A DNA stretch of 64,000 nucleotides from Pedosphaera sp. (GCA_009695205.1 SIBK01000015.1:859-64858); one strand, 5' to 3'. Positions 9,394-19,059 are shown, counted from the stretch's first letter. Numbers and translations: made by a program. The notes: generated by a model from the sequence alone, not told the origin.

Positions 9394-10674
9394 TCAGGTC
9401 AAGTGAGCCTTGCTCTTTTCAGGCCAGGCCCCGGCGGCAAGGGCGGCGAGCAGAGGCAGCATGGCAGCGACAACGATCATCGGTGCGAATTTTCCAACGG
9501 AAGGTGCGTGAGTGTCGGCAAAATGGCCCACCATCGGATGCAGCCGTGAATTGATGAGCCAGGCTGCGGCTCCAATCATTCCCACACACTTCGACGTGTG
9601 CCCTGGAGCAACGTCCTGGGCAAAAACATAGAACAATATGAACCCGCCCATAATTCCAGCCCCTGCCATGCAATAACAGGGTATCAGCAATGCAGGAAGG
9701 GGAACGAACAGCACCAGAACCGCCGGCAGGCAGAGGCCGGCTGACAGAAACCCAACAATTCGTCGCGACTGCGCCACACTTCGATTGGGAGTCACCAACC
9801 GCCGCGATATAAGCCCAAGCAGAATGCTGCCAACATCGGCCGCCAGATAAAACCCGATGAGCAGATACTGCAGTTGATGGTCGTTGAACTTGAGATCGAC
9901 TACGAGATGCCTCGGCAGCCAGACACGGAAGAAGTGCCAGCTCATGTTGATGGTGATTCCGACCACCACGGTAATCCAGAAGGTCCGAAGGGTAAACAAA
10001 CTGCGAAACGCAACGGGAGGCAGATCCCTTTCCACGTGTTCCGGTTTCCGGGCGATTTCTATCGCCCGCTCTCCCCGTGTTCCAGCGAGCCAAAGCAGAA
10101 TCCAGATCGAGCCCACCGCACCGGCAATCAAAAACAACTTTCGCCATCCTTCGCCCTGGGGACCCACCAGGCCCATGACGAGCATCGGCGTCAGAATGGC
10201 TCCAACTGTCATTCCGCTGTTGAAAACGCCATTGGCAAATCCCTGAGATTCCCTCGGAATGATCCGTCGAATCACTCCGATGGCCACGGGCCAGTTGAAG
10301 GCTTCGCCAGCGCCGAGAACCGCCCGGCAGATCTGGAGTTGCAGGAGCGTTTCTACAAACCCAGTGGCAAAACCGGCGATCGACCAGACCAGCAGCGCCG
10401 CTGGATAGAGCCATCTCAGATTCCAACGGTCCGAGGCAAAACCGGCGAACAATACCGAAATTGCATAGGAATAGCCGAACCAGGCTTCCAACGTTCCATA
10501 TCCCTCCTCGTTTAACTTGAAGTCGGCTTTGATAAAGCTGGCCATCGACCCAAGCGCCTGTCGATCGATATAGTTCACCACTGTCGCCAGTAACATCAGA
10601 AATACCACCCACCATTTCCAGGCAGCCAGCGGAGGGGCTGCCTCCTTGGATTCCCAATTTGCGTTCTTATCCAT
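9394..10674 (-). CDS. MFS transporter (ExuT/ACS-like)
   Basis: 426 aa and about 12 hydrophobic spans. Motifs NYIDRQALG and GAGEAFNWP resemble hexuronate-type MFS transporters. Confidence 0.8.
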   Translation of the reverse strand: MDKNANWESKEAAPPLAAWKWWVVFLMLLATVVNYIDRQALGSMASFIKADFKLNEEGYGTLEAWFGYSYAISVLFAGFASDRWNLRWLYPAALLVWSIAGFATGFVETLLQLQICRAVLGAGEAFNWPVAIGVIRRIIPRESQGFANGVFNSGMTVGAILTPMLVMGLVGPQGEGWRKLFLIAGAVGSIWILLWLAGTRGERAIEIARKPEHVERDLPPVAFRSLFTLRTFWITVVVGITINMSWHFFRVWLPRHLVVDLKFNDHQLQYLLIGFYLAADVGSILLGLISRRLVTPNRSVAQSRRIVGFLSAGLCLPAVLVLFVPLPALLIPCYCMAGAGIMGGFILFYVFAQDVAPGHTSKCVGMIGAAAWLINSRLHPMVGHFADTHAPSVGKFAPMIVVAAMLPLLAALAAGAWPEKSKAHLT

Positions 10675-10711
10675 GGATCTCTTTCGTATTTCGCGAATGG
10701 CTGTCGCGGGA

Positions 10712-12379
10712 CTACTTCGCGATTGGCGCCACGATTCTCGAAGCCGCGTTCCTTTGATGGAATACCGTGTTCACCGCCGTGACAGGATTCGTGGGAAAAT
10801 CCAAAGTCAGGGGCTCACCCGTCTGTGGATTCGGCTCAAAGAATGGGGCTCCCGTGCTCGCAATCGTCACTCGAATTCGGTGGCCTCGATTGAAGATCTG
10901 ACTCAACGATCCCACATCAAATTGCATGCGTGTCGGCTGGCCCGGAATCAATAATTCCTGCCGTTCCCACCCATTTCGGTATCGCGCTCGTCGAACGTAG
11001 TCGATGATCAGGATGCTCCTGCCATCGGGATAAACATCCGTAATGCGCACGATGAAATCTGTGTCCCTGGCGGTCGAAGCCATCCAGAGATCGGCCCGGA
11101 CCTTGCCGGTCCATTCAACCGGATGTTCCAGCAGGGGTGTTGTGAAAGTTCTGACTTCGGATTGCTTTTCAAAAGCGCCCGCATCCCGCGCTCCCGGAAA
11201 ACTGGTGCCCGGAATTTCCATCGGATGAAGCGGGTCGCTGCGGTAGGTGGTGACCGAATCGACCAATGCCGGCCTTTCCGTTCCCAGACCGCCTCCGCCT
11301 TGCAGAAAATAAACGCTCTCCTTTGTCTCGACTGGCCAGTCTTTTGCCGTTCGCCAGACGTTTCCAGGCGCGCCGTCCTCGTTGATCGCCCCCATTGTAT
11401 AATAACGGACGGAAGGCTCGTTTTCGATGCCGTTGTCGATCCCTTTCAGCCAGTGATCGAACCATCGGATCATGTGAGTTTGTGTGTCGAATTTCGCGTT
11501 TTCTGGATAAACCATTTCTCCGATCCGGTTCGATTTCGGCAATCCGCCATGCAGCCACGGTCCAAGAAGGAGTTGTTGTTTTCCTCGGGAACCGGGCCCA
11601 CCTCGGTGCTGCCGACCAACGAAACTGTCGATGCTGCCAACGGACATAAAGTCATACCAACTGCCAACGGTGAAGCAGGGGACATCCATCTTGCCGAAGT
11701 GAAGCGAGCAATCTTCATCCCGCCAGTAAGAATCGTACTCGGGATGCCGGAACCACTCAGCCAACAGTGCCCGGTTATCGACCGGATTGCGCGCGACCTC
11801 GTCCATTTTCTTGAACCGTTCCGGCCGGGTAATGCCACCGATGCGATAGCCTTCCTGAAAGAGGCTGAGCCCCGTGTCGGTCATGTATTGAGCCACGAGA
11901 TGTGGCGGTTGTGTCACGGCCAAAAAATTCTGGGCGAAACCACCCTGCGACCCGCCGAAAGTCCCGACCTTGCCATTGCTCCAGGGCTGAGCACCCAACC
12001 ATTCGCAAAGGTCCCAGCCATCTTTGAGCTTTCCCCAACCCAGCGCCCGGTAGCCCTGCCAAACTCCTTCTGAAAGCTGAGCGCCTCTGAAACTCGCGCG
12101 CGCCGCCACGTAGCCATGGCGGGCAATATCAGCCAGTTCCTTGCGGGATGCGGTGTTGGTGATTACCGCATAACGCTGTTCAAAGAGAACCGGCCAGGAT
12201 CCTGATCCGGGGGGGAAATAGAGATAGGCAGAGAGTCTTGTGCCGTCCCGCATCGGGATCATGACGTGTTCTTCACGAACACCACCCAGGTCGAGCGGGA
12301 CCAACTCTTGGGCTGCGGCAGATAGAATTCCAACGGCAAGTGTCAACAAAGAGATGAACGATTTCATGGACAGGGCCAA
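10712..12379 (-). CDS. CocE/NonD family hydrolase (S15 X-Pro dipeptidyl-peptidase-like)
   Basis: Signal peptide, DGTRLSAYLYFP, nucleophile elbow GTFGGSQGG, and a C-terminal beta-sandwich ending ...HRIRVTIASTGAPFFEPNPQTG. Confidence 0.8.
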   Translation of the reverse strand: MALSMKSFISLLTLAVGILSAAAQELVPLDLGGVREEHVMIPMRDGTRLSAYLYFPPGSGSWPVLFEQRYAVITNTASRKELADIARHGYVAARASFRGAQLSEGVWQGYRALGWGKLKDGWDLCEWLGAQPWSNGKVGTFGGSQGGFAQNFLAVTQPPHLVAQYMTDTGLSLFQEGYRIGGITRPERFKKMDEVARNPVDNRALLAEWFRHPEYDSYWRDEDCSLHFGKMDVPCFTVGSWYDFMSVGSIDSFVGRQHRGGPGSRGKQQLLLGPWLHGGLPKSNRIGEMVYPENAKFDTQTHMIRWFDHWLKGIDNGIENEPSVRYYTMGAINEDGAPGNVWRTAKDWPVETKESVYFLQGGGGLGTERPALVDSVTTYRSDPLHPMEIPGTSFPGARDAGAFEKQSEVRTFTTPLLEHPVEWTGKVRADLWMASTARDTDFIVRITDVYPDGRSILIIDYVRRARYRNGWERQELLIPGQPTRMQFDVGSLSQIFNRGHRIRVTIASTGAPFFEPNPQTGEPLTLDFPTNPVTAVNTVFHQRNAASRIVAPIAK

Positions 12380-12493
12380 TAGGCGCGGGGATCGCGACCG
12401 ATGGTGTGGACCCTGAGCAATCCACGCAACACTTAGTGTCGTGTCTGACCACTGCCGGTGACCCGTGCGCGCTTGGATTGGAGTCGATCCATT

Positions 12494-13762
12494 TCATGGA
12501 GTTTCTTTCAAATTCTGGGATCGAAATTCTGGCAACGGCCGCAGCGGTCCCATGACAAACAAGACGAGGCTCGCCGCGATAAGCGGCATGATGCCGCAGG
12601 CGATAAACACCGGCGTGTAACCGTATTGATCGATCACCCGCCCGCTCAGCCAACTGAACAGCATCCCGCCGAAACCGGAACCCATGCTGGCCAGGCCCCA
12701 GGCGGACGCGACCATGTTCTTCGGAAACACATCCGGTGGAAACGCCAGCGCGTTGCTGTTGTATCCGGTGTAGCCAAACGTCGCGACCGAGATCCACGCC
12801 ACCGACGCCCAGACGTTCGTGACCAGGATGGCCGGGATGGCCGAGGTCATCAGCAAGGCGAAAATGGCCACCACCGTTTTCCGCGCCCGGGAGCTCGGCA
12901 TGCCGTTGCGAATGAGTCGGCCCGTCAGCCAGCCGCCGACGAGATTGCCGAGGTCCGCAGTCACGAATGGAATCCATGCTGTCATGCCGATCTTGGCGAG
13001 ATCGAAGCCGTGAACACTCTTGAGATATTGCGGAAACCAGAAGATGTAAAAATACCAAACGGGATCGAGAAATACTTTTGAGAGCGTGAGCACGCCAAGA
13101 AACCGTGTGCGCAAAAGGCGCCATGGAGTTACCGACCGCGCGGTCACTTCGGCCTGCACAGTTGCCGGCGTGCGATACACCAACCACCACACTGCCAGCC
13201 ACACGTAGCCCGTAAGGCCAACCACGATGAACGCCGTCTGCCAGCTGAATCGCAGCGCCAGCCAGGCGACCAGTGGCGGGGCGATGATCGCCCCAATGGC
13301 GGCGCCGCTGTTGAAGATTCCCGCCGCCAGCGCCCGCTCGCGCGCGGGGAACCATTCGGCCACCACCTTCACGCCCGCCGGCCAGTTGCCGGCCTCGCCC
13401 ATGCCCAGGAGAAAACGAAAACCAGCAAGCGACCAGGGCCCAGTCACAAGCGCGTGCAGAATACCGGCGGTGGACCACCACGCCATGCAGAGCGCGTAAC
13501 CGAGCCGGGTGCCGAGGCGGTCGAGCAGCAGTCCCGACACACCATTCGAAACGGTGTAGGCGAGCATGAACGCGGACAGCACGTAGCCGTAAGCCTCGTT
13601 GCTCATCTTGAACTCTTCGCGCAACGCCGGCGCGACCACCGAGAGCGTCTGGCGATCGAGGTAATTGATGATCGTAGCCACCAAAGCAAAACTGATCATC
13701 ACCCAGCGCAAGCGCGAGGGGCGGGCAGTGTCAGAAGTTGGGTGAGTGGTGGACAACTCCAT
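12494..13762 (-). CDS. MFS transporter (hexuronate transporter ExuT-like)
   Basis: 422 aa with NYLDRQTLSV, GMGEAGNWPAGVKVVAEWFPARERA and 12 TM-like spans. Confidence 0.85.
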   Translation of the reverse strand: MELSTTHPTSDTARPSRLRWVMISFALVATIINYLDRQTLSVVAPALREEFKMSNEAYGYVLSAFMLAYTVSNGVSGLLLDRLGTRLGYALCMAWWSTAGILHALVTGPWSLAGFRFLLGMGEAGNWPAGVKVVAEWFPARERALAAGIFNSGAAIGAIIAPPLVAWLALRFSWQTAFIVVGLTGYVWLAVWWLVYRTPATVQAEVTARSVTPWRLLRTRFLGVLTLSKVFLDPVWYFYIFWFPQYLKSVHGFDLAKIGMTAWIPFVTADLGNLVGGWLTGRLIRNGMPSSRARKTVVAIFALLMTSAIPAILVTNVWASVAWISVATFGYTGYNSNALAFPPDVFPKNMVASAWGLASMGSGFGGMLFSWLSGRVIDQYGYTPVFIACGIMPLIAASLVLFVMGPLRPLPEFRSQNLKETP

Positions 13763-13771
13763 AACCCGTTC

Positions 13772-14131
13772 TCAGTTGCCGATGGTGAGCACCCTAAGTC
13801 TCAGAGCGGCTTCGCCTTTCGGAACCTGCATTCCGATTCTCCCTCTTTTGGAACCCTTCTCTTTTGCATCCACTACTTCAAGTCCGTTCAGATAGACCAC
13901 GATGTGTTCGTCCTCGCAGGTGACGGCCACGCGGTTCCATTCGTTCGCCTTGTGAAGGTTTTTGGTCTTGGATTCGATGGGATGCAACAAACTCCCGGTC
14001 AGCATTCTCGCCGGCAAATCGCTCATTTGAACCTCATAACCGTGCACATCGGGAGAGCCTGTCGCCTCCTTGGGCATGCGAAGGGCGATGTCATCAATGA
14101 AGAAACACTTGGTTTGGATCATGCCAATCAT
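13772..14131 (-). CDS. short DUF1080 (3-keto-disaccharide-hydrolase fold) protein, C-terminal half only; possible gene remnant
   Basis: 119 aa ending ...ANEWNRVAVTCEDEHIVVYLNGLEVVDAKE..GRIGMQVPKGEAALRLRVLTI, which is the typical C-terminal strand pattern of DUF1080. There is no signal peptide or N-terminal half. It starts 3 nt after the AKR stop. Confidence 0.45.
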   Translation of the reverse strand: MIGMIQTKCFFIDDIALRMPKEATGSPDVHGYEVQMSDLPARMLTGSLLHPIESKTKNLHKANEWNRVAVTCEDEHIVVYLNGLEVVDAKEKGSKRGRIGMQVPKGEAALRLRVLTIGN

Positions 14132-14134
14132 GCC

Positions 14135-15043
14135 TCACGGAATCCTGCGACCTTGCGCCGCCTCCCAGAGCGCATACCAGTCCTCGCGTTCCAGCACGAT
14201 GGCATCGGCCTGCGCGGCGGATTGCAGGCGTTCGAGTTTGTTGGTGCCGATGACCGGCAGCGGCTGACTCGGGTGCGCGAGAATCCAGGCGTAGGCCAAC
14301 TGCTCCAGCGTTGCGCCATTGTAGCGGGAAGACATGCTTTTCGCCGCCTCAGCCAAACGCGCTGCGGCGAGATTGCTGGGATCAAAGATTCGCCCACCGG
14401 CGAGCGGACTCCACGCCATCGGCAGCACGCCCAACTTCTCGCACTGATGAAGTGTGCCGTCGTTGATCGGCTCCGTGTGCAGAAGGTGAAACTCAATCTG
14501 GTTCGTCACGAGCGGTTGTTCCATGCGCGCGTTCAGCAGATCGAATTGCGACGCACCGTAGTTGGACACGCCCGCCGCGCGAATTTTGCCGGTGCGCAAC
14601 AATTCGTTCAGACCCGCCGCCGTGTCGTCGGCACGCGTCAACCAGTCGGGGCGATGAACGAGAAACAGTTCGACATGGTCGGTGCCAAGAAAGCGCAGGG
14701 ATTTTTCGACACTCTTGAGGAGGCGCGGGCCGGCGGCGTTGTAATGCGCCGTGCGACGTTTGGGATGGTAGGAACAAGGCACATAAATGCCGGCCTTGGT
14801 TATGATCTCGAATTTATCCCGCAGTCCCGGCGTCAGGGCGAGCGCCGCGCCGAGCACTTGCTCCACTTCGTAGAGGCCGTAAATCTCCGCCGTATCAAGG
14901 GTCGTGATGCCGATTTCGAGGCAGGTGTGAAGGCGGCGGTTGATCTCCTGCGCGGTCGGCTTGGTGTCGAGCATCCGCCAGGTGCCATAGACCATGCGCG
15001 AAAATTCCGGGCCGCGCGGAGCGAGTTTGATTCGTTTCATCAT
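14135..15043 (-). CDS. aldo/keto reductase
   Basis: MMKRIKLAPRGPEFSRMVYGTWRM...LDTAEIYG...VELFLVHRPD... matches the AKR fold. I place the start at the internal ATG-ATG at 15043 rather than the track start at 15112. Confidence 0.85.
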   Translation of the reverse strand: MMKRIKLAPRGPEFSRMVYGTWRMLDTKPTAQEINRRLHTCLEIGITTLDTAEIYGLYEVEQVLGAALALTPGLRDKFEIITKAGIYVPCSYHPKRRTAHYNAAGPRLLKSVEKSLRFLGTDHVELFLVHRPDWLTRADDTAAGLNELLRTGKIRAAGVSNYGASQFDLLNARMEQPLVTNQIEFHLLHTEPINDGTLHQCEKLGVLPMAWSPLAGGRIFDPSNLAAARLAEAAKSMSSRYNGATLEQLAYAWILAHPSQPLPVIGTNKLERLQSAAQADAIVLEREDWYALWEAAQGRRIP

Positions 15044-15054
15044 TTGTGGATGGG

Positions 15055-15375
15055 TTACTGCAAAGGGTCTGTCTTGTTCCAAATATCCGCCCCGCCCGCG
15101 GTGATGTCCCAACCCTTACCGACCGGGCTTGCGGAACCAGCCAACTCAGGCGAACCAACGTCGAGATTGACGAAGGTTGTGGAGATCGGAGGCGGCACGG
15201 ATTCGGGCTTGGCGGATCGCGGAGAGGGCTTCAGTTCCGACTTCTCGCTGACGGGTCCGGCGAGATCGGCACTGAAAAGAGAGGTCGTTACGGTTGCCAA
15301 CGAACAGGCGGCGACCAATCTTGAGGACAGCCAATTCCGCTTTGACACTCTGTGCTTCGGGGGAGATGAGGTCAT
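15055..15375 (-). CDS. small secreted protein: signal peptide plus only the first strands of a ConA-like domain; probable truncated gene
   Basis: MTSSPPKHRVSKRNWLSSRLVAACSLATV... is followed by LDVGSPELAGSASPVGKGWDITAGGADIWNKTD. This parallels SDIGRPSRPGS...[15 protein letters not shown] in the 27713 protein, then hits a stop. Its ATG overlaps the ALDH stop (ATGA). Confidence 0.4.
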   Translation of the reverse strand: MTSSPPKHRVSKRNWLSSRLVAACSLATVTTSLFSADLAGPVSEKSELKPSPRSAKPESVPPPISTTFVNLDVGSPELAGSASPVGKGWDITAGGADIWNKTDPLQ

Positions 15376-16859
15376 GTAAAATTGATGATGACGGATTTGG
15401 TCTGGGTGAAGAGGTCGAGGCCATACGGGCCTTTCTCGCGGCCCCAACCGCTTTGCTTGAAGCCACCCCAGGGCGAGGCGTTGTCGAAGGCGTTGTAGCA
15501 GTTCACCCACACCGTCCCGGCCTCGAGAGCCGCAGCGGCCTGATGGGCTTTGCGGATGTCGCGCGTCCACACGCCGGCAGCCAGGCCGAAGGGTGAGTCG
15601 TTACCCTTCGCAATTGCGTCGGGCAGATCCTCGAAGGGAATCGCGCAGAGGACAGGGCCGAAGATTTCTTCCTGCGCGATCCGCATCCGATTATGCACGC
15701 CGCCAAAGACGGTCGGTTCGACGAAGAACCCATCCGCGAGTGCTCCCGAGCCTGCTTTGCCACCGGCGAGCGTCTGAGCTTTTTCATTCGCACCGATGTC
15801 GATGTAGCTCAGCACGCGTTGCTGCTGTGCCTTGGAAACGAGCGGGCCCATTTTCGTCTCGGCACTCAGGCCGTGACCGAGCTTCACGCTGCGCGCCATG
15901 TCGGCAAGGCGCGCGACGAACTCGTGATAAATGCCGCGCTCGACGAACAGCCGCGAACCAGCGGAGCAGATCTCGCCCTGGCAAAAGAAAATGCCCATGA
16001 ACACGCCTTTGAGCGCGGCTTCGAGATCGGCATCAGCGAAGACGATGTTCGGCGATTTGCCACCGAGTTCCAGCGAAACCTTTTTCAGATTACCCGCGCT
16101 GGCCCGAACGAGCGCACGACCGACTTCGGTGCTGCCGGTAAAGGTGATCTTGTCCACGTCATGGTGATTCGCGAAAGCCGCACCGACCGTTTCGCCGAGG
16201 CCGGTAACGACGTTGAACACGCCATCGGAGACGCCGGCTTCCGTCAAGATCTCACCAAGCCGAAGGGCGACGAGTGAGGTGTCTTCAGATGGCTTGATGA
16301 TGATCGTGTTTCCTGTCGCGAGCGCTGGTGCGGCTTTGTAGAGCGGCATCGTCAGCGGGTAGTTCGGCGGCGTGATGCCGACGACGACGCCCAGCGGCTC
16401 ACGGGTGGTGTAATTCAAGAACTGCCCAGGCAGCGAGAGCGGGATCGTGTCGCCGAGTAGCTTGGTGGTCCAGCCAGCGTAGTATTCGGTCCAACTCACG
16501 GCGGTGCCGACTTCCTTCTTCGCCTCCCACAGTGGCTTGCCGTTCTCGAGCGTGATAAGTTCCGCGAGTTCATCGCCATGTTTTTCGATGAGTGCGGCGG
16601 CCTTTTGCAGCAGGCCTCCACGATCATATGGCGTCATACGTTTCCAACCCGGGAACGCACGGCGCGCCGCCCGCACGGCTTCATCCGCGTCGGCAGCAGT
16701 GCCAGACGGAAAGTGCGCGATAACTTTGCCCGTCGCCGGATCAATCGAAGGCAACATCTCGCCGCCAGAAGCCTCACGCCACTGGCCGCCGATGAGCATC
16801 TTGGCAGGCTTGGCCAGAAAGGCCCGCGTCGCTGGCAAGAGTTCAGGAACGGTCATCAT
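15372..16859 (-). CDS. NAD(P)-dependent aldehyde dehydrogenase
   Basis: LELGGKSPNIVF and FFCQGEICSAGSR catalytic Glu/Cys motifs. I place the start at MMTVPELL (16859), just after the stop of the upstream gene. Confidence 0.9.
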   Translation of the reverse strand: MMTVPELLPATRAFLAKPAKMLIGGQWREASGGEMLPSIDPATGKVIAHFPSGTAADADEAVRAARRAFPGWKRMTPYDRGGLLQKAAALIEKHGDELAELITLENGKPLWEAKKEVGTAVSWTEYYAGWTTKLLGDTIPLSLPGQFLNYTTREPLGVVVGITPPNYPLTMPLYKAAPALATGNTIIIKPSEDTSLVALRLGEILTEAGVSDGVFNVVTGLGETVGAAFANHHDVDKITFTGSTEVGRALVRASAGNLKKVSLELGGKSPNIVFADADLEAALKGVFMGIFFCQGEICSAGSRLFVERGIYHEFVARLADMARSVKLGHGLSAETKMGPLVSKAQQQRVLSYIDIGANEKAQTLAGGKAGSGALADGFFVEPTVFGGVHNRMRIAQEEIFGPVLCAIPFEDLPDAIAKGNDSPFGLAAGVWTRDIRKAHQAAAALEAGTVWVNCYNAFDNASPWGGFKQSGWGREKGPYGLDLFTQTKSVIINFT

Positions 16860-16866
16860 CGTCGCG

Positions 16867-17277
16867 TCAGAGTTGAGGTTGATCGAAGTCAAGATAGCCG
16901 CCCGCGTCCGTGGAAGGTCCTGGAAAACCGATGCGCTGCCACACACCCCCGTCGCTGAGGTAGAGCGCGCACACGTCTGCACGAAGCTGGCGGAAGAATG
17001 CGGGCGACTGTGCAATTAACGCCGTGAGCAGTTCGTGCATCTGCGCGGCATCCAACTCAGGCACCGCTTTGGCGAACATTCCTTTCGCGAGTTCACGGGC
17101 AGCCTTCAGGCCATCGACATACACCGGCGCGTACGGGCTGCGCCTCATGCGCTCGGCGATCCCCGGTCCTGCATGAACCGAGGCGGCTCCCGCGTCACGC
17201 GCATCGGCAGGGATAATGCCATTCGCCAACGCAGCCAAAATAGCGATATCCGTGAGCGTGATCGGGGTCTCGGTCAT
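16867..17277 (-). CDS. gluconate 2-dehydrogenase subunit 3 family protein (small partner of the GMC oxidoreductase)
   Basis: 136 aa. The pattern ...LANGIIPADARDAGA...FFRQLR...YLSD..VWQRIGFPG recalls this family, and it lies immediately downstream of a GMC oxidoreductase. Confidence 0.6.
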   Translation of the reverse strand: MTETPITLTDIAILAALANGIIPADARDAGAASVHAGPGIAERMRRSPYAPVYVDGLKAARELAKGMFAKAVPELDAAQMHELLTALIAQSPAFFRQLRADVCALYLSDGGVWQRIGFPGPSTDAGGYLDFDQPQL

Positions 17278-17315
17278 GGTTCAGGTGTTTGACAAAAGCA
17301 CGACGTGGACGCAGA

Positions 17316-17450
17316 ATGTCCACCCCAAATCGGTTGGCTGGCATTCTGCACGTCGCCACCGCACTGGATTTGGGCGCTTCCGAGTTTCTGACCTTTGACG
17401 CCAATCAAAAGTTGCTCGCTGAGGCAGAGGGATTGGTCGTCTCGATTTGA
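17316..17450 (+). pseudogene. PIN-domain (VapC-like) toxin C-terminal relic
   Basis: My own translation gives MSTPNRLAGILHVATALDLGASEFLTFDANQKLLAEAEGLVVSI*. This matches the C-terminal consensus of VapC (D.LH.A.A...G...F.TFD..Q...A...G). Only 44 codons remain and there is no N-terminal half. Confidence 0.45.
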
Positions 17451-17458
17451 GGCCGCGA

Positions 17459-19048
17459 TCATAGCTCCCCCTTCCTCCCGCATTCGATGAGATGTCCCGC
17501 CGCCCGATCGGCGATGACCATTGCCGTCAGAGTTGGATTCACGCCGCTGCCAGTGACGAAGACGCTGGTGTCGCAGATGAAGAGGTTCTTCACGTCGTGG
17601 GATTGGCAGAACTCGTTCACCACCGAGGTCCGCGGGTCTTTGCCCATTCGGCATGAACCCATCGCGTGGGCGCCGTAGTTCAGGCCGATACGAACTTTCT
17701 TCGCGCCCGATGCCGTCATCATCTCAGAGGCCTTGTCGCGGGCAGCTGCAGCGAGTTTCACATCGTTGTCGCACCAATTGTAGGAGACCTGAGCTACAGG
17801 TAGGCCATGTGCATCACGCAGATCGGGATCGAGCGTGATCGTATTGTGCACGTCGGGCAGTCCCTCCGCGTGCGCCCACCAGGCGGCGGTGTGGGAATAC
17901 TCGTGCAGAAAGTTCTTCAACTCCTGACCGAACATCAGGCCACTAAGATTACCAAAGGTCACCGGCGTCATCATGTAGCTCAGCAGGATGAACCCGCGCG
18001 CGTAGTCGTTGCGGGCATCGGGCTTGTAGTAGTCCTGCACCATCACATGGCCCATCTGCATGCCTTTGAAGGCATTCACCGGTTCATTGAAAGTGCCGAA
18101 GACCTGCCACGTCGGGTGGCTCATGAAGTTTTTGCCCACCCTCCCGCTGGAGTTCGCCAGACCATCGGGAAAGGCGTTGCTCGATGACATCAAAAGCAGC
18201 CGGGGCGTCTCAATCGCGTGCGCGGTCAGCACGACGACCTTCGCATCGACACGATGCTCGCGACGCTGCGAATCCTGATACTCCACGCCCGTTGCGCGAC
18301 TACTCGCCGCGTCGTAGTTCACCCGATGCACGAAAGCATCGCTGATGACTCGCGCGCCGAACCGTTCGGCGCGCGCCAGGTAGGTGTTTACCGAAGTGGC
18401 CTTCGCCTCCGTCGGACAACCTGACGCGCACCATCCGCAATAAATGCACGCGGGTCGGCCATCCCACTCCTGCGAGTTGATCGCGATGGGTGGCGCGAAA
18501 GGATGCGCGCCGAGCTTTCGTGCGCCGCGTGCGAGCACTTGCCCATGCCAGTTCATTCTATGCGGCGGCATGGGCAGCGAATACGGCTCCGGCGCGAACG
18601 GCCCGCACTCGCCCGCCAGGCCGAACTCACGCTCAACCCTTTCATAGTGCGGGCGCAGGTCGTCATAGCCGATGGGCCAGTCCGCGCCGACCCCCTCGGT
18701 CGAGTGCGTGCGGAAATCATCGCGATGAAAACGCGGCATCACTCCAAGCCAGGGCAGGCTGCCGCCCCCCACCCCCATGCCTGCTTTGGGAATGACGAAA
18801 TCTTTACCGACGTGATTGCGGGGCTCCGACCACATGATCTTGCCAGCATTCGCTTCGGAGTTGGTCAGGGCGTTGCTTCTGCCGAACCTTTGCCCCGCCT
18901 CGAGAACCACGACAGACAATCCCTGCGCCGCCATCCGGGCCGCCACCAAAGCGCCCGTCGGTCCCGAGCCGACGACCAGCACGTCGTAGGACTTATGCGG
19001 CGTGAGATCTTCGGGTCTTGAGATGAGCGCCTTCATAAGCTGGTGCAT
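17459..19048 (-). CDS. GMC family FAD-dependent oxidoreductase
   Basis: YDVLVVGSGPTGALVAARMAAQG (GxGxxG) and a C-terminal HAMGSCRMG active-site His region. Confidence 0.85.
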   Translation of the reverse strand: MHQLMKALISRPEDLTPHKSYDVLVVGSGPTGALVAARMAAQGLSVVVLEAGQRFGRSNALTNSEANAGKIMWSEPRNHVGKDFVIPKAGMGVGGGSLPWLGVMPRFHRDDFRTHSTEGVGADWPIGYDDLRPHYERVEREFGLAGECGPFAPEPYSLPMPPHRMNWHGQVLARGARKLGAHPFAPPIAINSQEWDGRPACIYCGWCASGCPTEAKATSVNTYLARAERFGARVISDAFVHRVNYDAASSRATGVEYQDSQRREHRVDAKVVVLTAHAIETPRLLLMSSSNAFPDGLANSSGRVGKNFMSHPTWQVFGTFNEPVNAFKGMQMGHVMVQDYYKPDARNDYARGFILLSYMMTPVTFGNLSGLMFGQELKNFLHEYSHTAAWWAHAEGLPDVHNTITLDPDLRDAHGLPVAQVSYNWCDNDVKLAAAARDKASEMMTASGAKKVRIGLNYGAHAMGSCRMGKDPRTSVVNEFCQSHDVKNLFICDTSVFVTGSGVNPTLTAMVIADRAAGHLIECGRKGEL

Positions 19049-19059
19049 CCTCGTCGGAA

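Noticed and set aside
13454-15379. 641-aa plus-strand ORF, the longest 'novel' ORF in the region.
   Set aside because: It is antisense to four well-supported minus-strand genes (MFS, DUF1080 piece, AKR, lectin fragment). Its composition is Arg/Gly/His/Ala-rich and of low information. This is a typical shadow ORF of GC-rich DNA.
15376-15570. Long version (171 aa) of ORF 15055-15570.
   Set aside because: Its first 65 codons overlap the 3' end of the aldehyde dehydrogenase in another frame. The signal peptide begins at the internal ATG at 15375.
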